A stretch of 64,000 nt of DNA from Histomonas meleagridis 2922-C6/04-290x (lineage: Eukaryota; Protista; Parabasalia): positions 133,279 through 197,278 of the forward strand of contig JAANOX010000121.1 of the NCBI GenBank assembly GCA_020184695.1, read 5' to 3'. Below, piece by piece: positions 30,357 to 42,300 of the stretch; positions within the stretch are counted from its first letter, which is position 1, and each line of letters starts with the position of its first letter. The notes under the pieces were generated by a model. The model made no database searches and was not told the origin of the DNA. It was given only the letters and a program-made list of their open reading frames with translations. The position numbers and the translations under genes are program-made.

Positions 30357-33300
30357 ATGAATACTCTTGTTCCAGAAGATCTTCTTCAATATTTAACACC
30401 AGCATTAACTTCAATGTTTGGGAAATTCCAAGTAAGCAATATAGTCCAAGAATATGAAGAAGATTTAAAGGAATTTATAGAAAATCCATCGAAAACATTT
30501 TTAATGGCACAAAAAGGAGATCCTTTTGTATTACAGACATCATTTGAATATTCAAAAGGACCTATTTTAATCTGTCAAAAGCAACCAGTTGAGTTACCAA
30601 ATCAAAATTTCCAATCATTAATTTCAATTGTCTCATTAACAGAAGAAAATGCAATTTCTTTCTTCCAAAATATTGTAGGGAATTTCTTTTTACCACTTTT
30701 ACAGAGTTCAGCCTCAACCAATGATAATTTAGCTAAAGGTGTAATTGATTCTTTATCTAATTTTGAGATTGCTGCAAGTAGGTTTCAACATAAGTCTAAT
30801 CTTCCAGAGCCTATTTTAGACATAAGTCCAGAATTATTTGATATCACATCTTCTGATCAACTTTCTATTACACAAGAGTCATCAATATTATCAGCAATAG
30901 ATAAATGGCAGACCGTTGTAGGATCCATTAATAATTATGCCAAATCGCCACCCAAATTTGAAACATTACAAAATGAAATTAATTTTTGGCCACAACTTTC
31001 TAATCATCTTCAAACGATTGAATCACAAATCACCAAATTACTTAATTCCAATTTGCTTGATATCATTGAGAAATATCGCAAATCATTTCCCGAATATATT
31101 CAAAATTTATCTGAAGAAACATCAAAATATTTAACTGAAATTAAACCATTTTCTGAAGCGATTTCCCAATTTAACATTGATATATATCTCGAATGTCAAA
31201 CGCTAATGGATTTTAATGATAAGTTAATTAATGTATATAATTTTTTAACATCATTTTTTAATCGATGTCCAAAAGTCGACAAAATTGTACAAATATATAC
31301 ACTTTTTAATGATTTTTCATTATTTAATTTCAGTAAAGTTTTGTCCAAAATTTCATTTATTCATTTATCACCACAAAGTTTTGAAAACACGAAAGAATTA
31401 ATTAATATTGTTAATGATCAATGGAACATTAAAGAGAATGAAATGATTGAAATTATTACGAAAGAACATTTACAAATCAAACAAAAACTTCAAGAAATAT
31501 CATTAAATCGATCACAATATATGAATCAAATCTTAGAATTCTGTAACATTAAAATCGATTATAATCAATTAATACACCAAATTCAATCAATGGATGAGTT
31601 AAACATTGAAACAATATTAGTACCATTAGAACAATCATTTTCATTATTACTTAATTTTTCATATTTCGAATATTCGAAAGAATCAAATAAAAAATGGAAT
31701 TCATCATTAAATGAATATAAAAAGAACTTAGAAAAAATCGAAAATGAAATTGGTCAAAAGATTTATTCAATACTTTCTAATTGTAAAAACATATCAGAGA
31801 CAAGAAATATCTTTGTGAAATATAAATCATTTGTTCGTAGACCAACAATTCAATCATGTGTACATCAATTTGAACATAATTTCATATTACAAATATATGA
31901 ACAACTTGAAGAATTTAAGAAAAAAGAATTTGTTAATATCCAAAAGTTACCTATAATGATGTATATGCAAATTAAAGGATTAACATCAGACTCTGCAAAG
32001 TTATTACATTATTATCATATTATTGGACAATTAAAGAAATATGAAGAAATGTTAAATGATGTAATAGGAGAGAAATGGAAAGATACAAATGAATGTCAAC
32101 AACTTATCTCTAAACTTAAAGAATGTAATGATTCTGCAACTAAATGGTGTAACTTAGATAAAATCATTTCAACAATATCATTTTCAGCCGATGATATATT
32201 AAACAAAAATATATTTGTTATCGAAACTATTAATAATAAGAAAAATATTAAATGTAATTATTCACAATTTAATTTAAATGCGATTTTAACATTTAGAACA
32301 TTAAATCAATTTAATTTAATTAAATCTTTTGATGTTATTTATAATATGTCGAAAATTAATGAAAGTTTTCGTTCATATGTAAATATTCAAGAAAGTTTAA
32401 CGACATTTATTAATATTATCGAAAGTTTTGATGTAATTACTGAAAAAATTGCTGCAAATGAAATACAAATCATTTATAATTTAATACAAAATGGATATAA
32501 TCTAAAATGGAATTCACAAGAAATTCAAGAATATTCACAAAAATTTGCGTTAACTATTTCCGAATTTAATGTTACTATGAAAAATGCAAAAGAAATTTTG
32601 GATAAAATTAATGAAAATATACAAAAAATAGAAAATTCTCAAACATTTGATGAGTTAAAAGAATATTTAGCAATAACAATGACTAATGTTGATCAATTAT
32701 TTTGGAGTAAAATGACAAATGATGAAATCTTTGTAAATGAATTAAATCAAAGAATATCGAAATTATTAATACGAAAAATTAATGAAACTTGTTTATTATG
32801 GATCGATATATTATCCAATAAAATTAAACCCAATTTTAATATTAATATTAAAATCATTCAATCATCAAATAAAATTATAATAAATCCTTCATTAGAAAAT
32901 ATTCATTCATTAATTAATCGGAAATTTTCATCACAAATTAATAGTTATTTATTACAAAATCAAATATGTACATTAAATTCTACAAAAATGCCATTATATC
33001 AAGAAATAATTCCAATTCCTTATGATTATATATATAAAATTTATCAATTAATTAACTCATTAATAAATGAAGTTCGGAAATATTGTGAAAAATGGAATAA
33101 TTTGGAAATATTATTTATGAATGAACCGAATTCTATTAATTTCGAAGATGATATTATTCAATGGTTAGAACTATATAATGAATTAGAAAATGAATTAAAA
33201 GATATCCAAAATTCTTCAACTAAAAAATCAATTAGTTTAATAACTATAGATACAATAAATATCCAAAAGAATTCAATCGAAAGATTAAATATTTGGAAAG

Positions 33301-36300
33301 ATTATGTAATTAATAATATTAAATTCATTTCGAATAAAATTATTTTGAATTTATTCGAAGAAATACAAAAATCACGTGAAATCCTTGAAATGCCAATACC
33401 ATTCAAAGCTAAAGAACTTTCTTCTTATTTAAATTCATTTAAAGAATGTTCAACTAAGAAAGTTAATTGGGATATAATAATACCATCAATTACTAATACA
33501 CAAAAAATTTATAAAAATGAAAATTATATAAAATTAATTTCATCAATTGATATATTTAATCAAATTTATATAACTCGTAAAAATGAAATTGATAAAAATA
33601 ATCAAATCTTTTGTACACAAGTCGAAGAAGAATGTTCAACATTATTAAACTTAACATTAACTATTAAAAAGAAATGGGATATTGAAAAGCCTTTAAATGG
33701 AGATATTAATCCAGATAAAGCATTAAACATATTACAAGACTATAAAAATAAATTTAATGAATTACAAAATTCTTGGAATGAAATTCTATCAGCACGAGAA
33801 GCATTACATTTAACGATTTTAACAAATTCTACACTAGAAGCTATGATTGATGATTGTAATTCGATGATAGAAGTATGGAACTTATTATTAGTTATATGGA
33901 ACAAATTAAATATTATATTACAACAACCATTTTTAACATTAATACCAATTGAATTTAAAACAAAGATTCAACAATTAATTGATAAATTACAAAACATGTC
34001 AAACATAGTTAGACAATATGAATCATGGTCATATTTTAATCAAAAACTTAAAAATATTTTATTAATATATCCAACAATTGAAAACCTTAAATCACCAGCA
34101 ATTTTAGCTCGTCATTGGCAAAAGGTATCAACTGAATTTAAAATGAATATAAACATTGATAAAATGACTGTTAATGATATAATATCATTAGATTTAATTA
34201 AAAACGAAACATTTTTCGCCGAATTATTACGTAATGCACAAGGAGAATTCTCATTATATCAATATCTTGAACAACTTAATCAAACTTGGGATACATTAGA
34301 ATTTGAATTTTATGATTATAAAGGTAAACAATTAATTAAAGGTTGGGATATAATATTAACAACAATTAATGATCATTTAAACTTTTTAACAGCAATGCAA
34401 ACATCACCATTTTATAATGTGTTTAGAGAACAAGCAATTATATGGGAAACAAAACTTAATCAATTACAAGTATTATTAGATGAATGGCTTGATGTACAAC
34501 GACATTTTATATATTTGGAAGGTATATTTGTATCTTCTGATATTAAATCTATTTTAACTAAAGCTACAACAATATTTAAGAAATGTGAAAAAGATATAAT
34601 TACTTTAATTAAAAGAGCTATAAACTTAAAATTCGTAATTAAAATATTAACAATTCCAAACATTAATTTAATATTACAAAACTTAAATGAATCATTGTTA
34701 TTATTACAAAAAGATTTAAGTGATTACTTAGAAAAACAAAGAAGTTATTTCCCACGTTTCTTCTTTATTGGTGATGAAGATTTACTTGAAATTATCGGTA
34801 AAAGTTCAGCGATTCAAGAAATTCAAAGACATTTTAATAAAATGTTTGAAGGGATTTCAGGTGTAATTGTAGAAAATAATCAAATTATTAAAATGGAATG
34901 TAATAAAGGTGAATCGATCTTATTAAAGAATCCAATACAAATTAATTCAGCGATATATCAAACATTAAATGATTTAGAAAATGAAATGCGAAATACATTA
35001 AAACAAATTTTATTAACTTCTGTTAAAGAATTTGAACAATTTTGGGAAAATATGACACTTGAAAATCTTAAACAATTTATAGAGAAATATCCAGCACAAA
35101 TTATACTTTTATCATTTTTCATAATTTCTACAAATATAACTGAGTTATGTATCACCAAAAATAACATAAATAAAATCATTGAAGATATTGTTAAATTTAT
35201 CGAATTATTAAGTCAATTAGTATATACAGATTTAACAAATGTATTACGATTTATAGTCCAACAATTAATTACTGAATCAGTACATCAACGTAATTTATTA
35301 CGAGAATTAGAAAATATTACAAGTACAAACTCATTTGAATGGACACGATTCTTACGTTATTATCATAATTATTCAAATGGTGAATTAATTATTAAAATTG
35401 GTGATGCAATCTTTAATTATGGATTTGAATATTTAGGGTTAATACCTTCTTTAGTACGTACACCTTTAACAGATAGAGTATATTTGACAATGGCTCAAGC
35501 ATTATATGCTAAAATGGGTGGTAGTCCTTTTGGTCCTGCAGGTACAGGTAAGACAGAAACAGTTAAAAACATGGGACATCATTTAGGTCGACATGTTTTA
35601 GTATTTAATTGTGATGAAACATTTGATTTTAAAGCTATGGGTCGAATCTTTATAGGTTTATGTCAATGTGGTTCATGGGGATGTTTTGATGAATTTAATC
35701 GTTTAGATGAACAAATGTTATCAGCAGTATCACAACAAATCCAAACAATACAAATCGGACTTAAGAATAATTTAAAGAATATTGAAATATTAGGGAAAAA
35801 TACAACGTTAAATCAATCAATAGGTATATTTATTACAATGAATCCTGGATATGCAGGTAGAGTTGAATTACCAGATAACTTAAAACAATTGTTTAGAACT
35901 ATGGCTATGAATAGACCAGATTTAGAATTAATTACTGAAGTTTTATTGTTTTCTCAAGGTTTTATTTATGCTGAAAAATTATCGCCGAAATTTGTTACTT
36001 TGTTTTCAATGGCTAAAGAAAGTTTAAGTCATCAAACACATTATGATTTTGGTTTAAGAGCTATGAAATCTGTTTTAACTAATGCAGGAATATTAATTCG
36101 ACAAAACAATTTAGAAAATGATGAAAATCGATTTGAAAATGAAAGTAAATTATTAATTTCTAGTATAATTAATACCATTTATCCTAAATTAATAGCAAAT
36201 GATTTAATACGACTTAAGCGTATTATTAATGATATATTCCCTAATATTCAACCAGAAATTATTACACAAAATGAATTAATTAATTTAATTAATGAAGAAA

Positions 36301-39300
36301 TTTCTAAATCAGGTTTAATTAATTCTGAAATTTGGATTAATAAAATCATCCAATTATATTATATCCAACAAATTTCACATGGTTTTATGCTTGTAGGACC
36401 TACAGCTACAGGTAAAACTTCAGCACGTAAAATATTATTAAAAGTTTTAACTAAATTAGATCAACAAGAAAGTGAAATGTATATAATAAATCCTAAATCA
36501 GTCACTAAAGAAACATTATTTGGTTCTTTAGATCCAATTACTAGAGAATGGACTGATGGAATCTTTACAAGAATATTACGAACTATCGTTAATAATCAAC
36601 GTAATGAAATGAGTAAAAGACATTGGATAATATTCGATGGAGATGTTGATCCAGAATGGGTCGAAAACCTTAACTCTGTATTAGATGATAATAAATTATT
36701 AACATTACCTAATGGTGAACGAATTTCATTACCTTCAAATGTACGTATAGTATTTGAAGTTGAAAATCTAAATTTCGCTACACCTGCAACTGTTTCACGT
36801 TGTGGTATTATCTTTTTCTCAGAGAAGACATTAAATATTCAACAAATTATACAATATCATTTACATAAACTTATCACAGAACCAATTATTACACAAAACC
36901 ATATATTATTTAATGAATATATGGATATATCTATACCTGATATGTTAGAAATTCAAACGAAATTAACAGAGATTATTAAGCCAACAATTAATTTATGTAT
37001 TAATGAATGTATTAAATTTTGGGAAAAATATGCAAATAATACAATAATGGAAATACCTATAGCTTCATGTATAACCACAATGTTTTCTTTATTATCTGCT
37101 TCTTATTTAAACTTCTTTAGAGAAAAAGAACCAAATCAAATATTATTACATAAGTATGCAATATTTTCAATGTTTAATGCATTTTCATTACCTTTTAAGA
37201 ACGAATTTAAAGAAATTCTGAGTGAAATGTTAAGTAATAAATTCATTGATATTGTACCTAAAAATGGAACATTAAATAATTATATAATTTCGGATGAATT
37301 TGAAGATTGGATTAATTTGAATGAAATTAATTATGAAAATAATAATGAAAATGATTACATTATTACACCTTATAATGAATTATATAAGAAATTAATTAAT
37401 ATGATAATGATTGGAGGTAATTCCATTATATTATGTGGTCAAAATGGTATAGGTAAACGAAGTTTATTACAAAATTCATTTGTTAATTATTCCGAAATTC
37501 AAACAATTCGAATTAACTTTTCTAATTTCTCAACTATTGATTATGTATTAAGTACATTTGAACAATTTTGTATATATCAAAAGACTTCTTATGTTACTAA
37601 ACTTAAGCCTAAAATTACAAATAATTTCATTATATTCGAATGTATTAATTTAACTTTACCTTCATTAGATAAATTTGGTACACAACGAATTATTGAATTT
37701 TTACGACAAATTTTAGAGTTTAATGGATTTTGGCATCCACAAAAACGTGAATGGATACAATTAGAAAATATTATCTTTGAAAGTGTTTGTACTCCTTCTA
37801 CAGAATATGGTCGAGTTAAACTTAATTCACGATTTTTAAGACATACGACAATATTTAATATTGATACACCAACAATTAAATCGATTAAACAAATATTATT
37901 AAATATTTTAAGTAAATTTGATAATATTAATCAAGAAATTATTACAAATGTAATATTAGAATATTATAATGAATTTATTGAACATTTTAAAGGTAATGAA
38001 AATGTATTTTATCATATCAATTTACGTGATATAATTATATGGATTAATTCATATAAATATATATTAAATTTATCTGATGGTTATGATAAGCCTCATTTAT
38101 TATATTATGAAGGTTTAAGAGTATTTAATGATAGATTAATTAATATCGATGAAAAGAATTGGGCTAAAGATACACTTAAAAGTATTATCTTAAAATATTT
38201 CGAAAATACTGATTTAACACTTTATGATAATGATATTAATTATACTAATTTAATTAATCAAGAATTTTTACCTTATGATATAGATACTATTAAAAATAAA
38301 TTACAAAAAGATTATTCAGATGAAAATTTGGTTTTCTTTGATGAATGTATTAATTTAATAACAAAAATCGAAAATAGTTTAATACAACCTAATGGACATT
38401 TATATTTAATTGGTTTAAGTGGTACAGGTAAATCAATATTGACGACATTTATCTCCAAATATTTAAATATGAAAGTATTTAAATTAAATGTTACTAAAGA
38501 TTATACTATAAATAATTTCGATTCTGATTTAAGGAAAATCCTTAAAACTTCACTTGAAGAAAAAGTTTGTTTCATCATTAAAGAAAATGATATAATATTA
38601 CCAATATTTACTGAACGACTTAATGTATTATTAACGGAATATTTAATTCCAGGATTATTTACAGGAGATGAATTAAATTCATTATTAAACAACATTAAAG
38701 AAATTGCTCATTCTAATGGACAATTATTAGATAATGAAGAATCATTAATTAACTTCTATTTAGAACGAATTAAAAATAATTTACATATAATATTTACATC
38801 GAATTCAGCAATATTAAATATAAATCAAACAGAAATTATGTTTCCTTCATTATTTAATCAATGTAATATTATATGGATCGGTAAATGGAGCAATTTATCA
38901 TTAAAATTATTTGCTGAACAAATCCTTAATAAAAATGAACTTGAAATTACTGATAATTTAATTAATTCAATGATTAAAATTCATTCATTATCAATTAAAA
39001 CTTCGGAATCTTTACCTATTAATAATTATGTGTCACCACGTTATTTCTTTGATTTCATTAAAGTTTATTGTTATATATTCATAAATAAACGTGAAAAACT
39101 TAATAATGAACAACAACATTTATCTAATGGCTTAAATAAACTTGAAGAAACCCAAATAGAAGTAACTAAAATGGGTAAAGAATTAGCATTAAAACAAACA
39201 CAACTTAAAGAAAAAGATAAATTAGCAGAACAAAAACTTGAAGAAATTCTTAAAGATAAACAAGTAACAACAAGTAAACAAGAAGAAGCACAAAAAATTA

Positions 39301-42300
39301 AAGTTATTATCGATGAAAAGAAGAAAGTTATTGATAAAGATAAATCTAAAGCTATGGCTGAATTAGCTGAAGTTACACCAATCATTGAAGAAGCTAAATC
39401 TTCAGTATCTAATATCAAGAAATCAAATCTTGATGAAATTCGAAGATTAACACAACCACCAGATGTAATTAAGAATGTATTACAAGCGGTATTACAATTA
39501 TTAGATATTAATGCGCCTAATTGGACAAGTATACGTAAAGTTATTAGTGGTGATCAATTCATTAAAACAATTTTAGAATTTAAAGTCGAGAATATACCTC
39601 AAAGTACTATTAAGAAAGTACAACATTTATTAGATTCGACTGATTTAACTTATGAAAAGGCTCAAAGAGCTTCACAAGCTTGTGGCCCATTATTTAAATG
39701 GTTAAGTGCTAATATTCGATATTTATCAATACTTGAATCGACTGAACCTTTACGAGAAAAAGTTAAAGCACTTGAATCAGAAGCATCAATATTTGAAAAG
39801 AAACATGAAGAATTATCGAAAACTATTAATGAATTTGAAGAGAAACTTCAAAAATTAACATCGGAATATAAAGTATTATTATCAGAATGTGAAAAAACTC
39901 GTAAAGAATCCGAACAAATTCAAGTTAAATTAAATCGAGCTAAACATTTACTTTCATCTTTAACTAATGAAACTAAACGTTGGGCAGAACGAAAGATTAC
40001 ATTCCAAAATGAACAACAAAGTTTAATTGGTAATTCATTATTATCATCTGCTTTTATATCTTATTGTGGATTTTTAGAACAACAAAAAAGAATGGATTCA
40101 TTAAATGAATGGATGATAGTTTTAGATCAAAATAATATTAAATATTCGGAAGATTATCAATTTTGTGATTTCATGATTGAACCCGAGAATTTAATTAATT
40201 GGAGTGCTAAACAATTACCTAAAGATGATTTATGTATTCAAAACGCAATAATTTTAACAACGGAAAACTTAAGAACTCCATTTATTATTGATCCTGCAGG
40301 TCAAGCTACACAATTCATTATGAATTTATATAAAGGTATTATTCGTACATCATTTAATGATAAGAAATTCCCTAAAACATTTGAATCATGTGTTCGATTT
40401 GGTACACCAATACTTATCGAAGATGGGGAACAAATAGATCCATTAATATTACCAATATTATCTAAAGAATATAAGAAAGTTAATGGAAGAATAATATTAG
40501 AATTAAATCATAATGAAATTGATATTTCTCCTTCATTTAAGATGTTTATTATTACACGTGATACTGATTTCTCTCCTCAACCTTCATTAAGTAGTTTAAC
40601 AACAATTATTAACTTCTCTGTTACATCACTTTCATTATATTCTCAATGCTTAACACGATTATTACAATTTAAGTTACCTGATATAGAAAAACGTCGTAAA
40701 GAACTTCATGAAAGTTTAGCAGAGATGCAAATTGATTTACGAAATCTTGAAGAGAAAATGTTAAATGTGTTTTCAACTACTAAAGGAGAAATATTAGAAA
40801 ATGATGAATTATTATATTTATTAGAAGATATTAAGAAAGAATCAATTAGAATCGAACAAAAAGTTAATGAAACTAATTTAACATTACAAGAGATTACACA
40901 AGTTAGTGAGAAATATTCACCAGTAGCTAAAGTATCAACATCATTATACTTTGCTATTAAAGATATGTCATTAATACATTTCATGTATCAATTCTCATTA
41001 CAATTCTTTTGGTCTATTTTCGATAAAATTATTATTAAAGCTGATGAAGTTAATGAATTAATCGAATTAATATCGAAAGGTTTATTTATTAATGTATCAT
41101 ATTCATTATTAAATAAACATATATCAATATTAGGATTTCGATTTAGTCAAATTATTTTAGATTATAAAGGTATTAAAATCGATGAACAATTATTTGATAT
41201 AGCTATTAGAGGCACATTAATTAATGGTAATGAACCTGATTTCATTAAGAAAGTTAATAATGATATAACATTTAATGATTGGATTAATTCTGATACACCT
41301 GAACAAAATATACCTGAAAGTATATTACAAATCTTAAAATCTGAAAATGAAAATCCTTCGATTATTCTCTTAAAAGTTTTAGTAATAATTCGTAAATTTA
41401 AACCTGATCGAATTATCTCTACGATTAATTTATTTATTAAAGAATCATTTGAATTTGATATTAATGATATACCACCATTAAACATTATAAATATATCAAA
41501 TGAAACACAACCAAATATACCAATTTTATTATGTTCTTCAATCGGTTATGATCCGAGTGAATTAATTGAAAATAATTCATTAAGACCAATTATATCATTA
41601 GCAATTGGTTCATCTGATTCTTATTCAAGTATTGAAGAATCAGTACAATTAGCATCACAAAAAGGTAATTGGATCATCATTAAAAATATACATTTAGCAC
41701 CATTATGGACACGAAAGTTTGTTAAAAACATACAAAACATTCAATGTAATCCACAATTTAGAATCTTCTTAACAACAGAAATTAATCCTAAAGTTGGATC
41801 GAATATATTTCGATTATGTCATATAATTGTCTTTGAAAGTTCGACCGGTATTCGCTCTAATTTACAACGAGTTATTACTAATGGATTCCAATGGCCGAAT
41901 ATACCTAAAGAACGAAGCAAATTAGTAATTAATTTCTTATTATTACATTCGATTATAATGGAAAGACTTCGATATGAGAAATTAGGATGGAACAAAAGTT
42001 ATGAATTTAATGATAATGATTTGTTATTTACAATCCAAATTAGTTTACGTTGGATAGAAGCTATAGCTAATGGAAGAAGTCATATTAATGAAGAACAAAT
42101 TCCATGGTATGCGATTCGATATTTAATATCATATTGTATTTATGGAGGAAGAATTGACTTAAATTCAGATCAACGAATATTAATTAATTTAAGTAAATTA
42201 TTATTTAAAGGAAATATCGAATTAGGTGATAACTCATTAAGTTTACCTGATGAAATTAATAATATTAATGAATTACAAAATTGGGTTTCAACTTTGTCTT

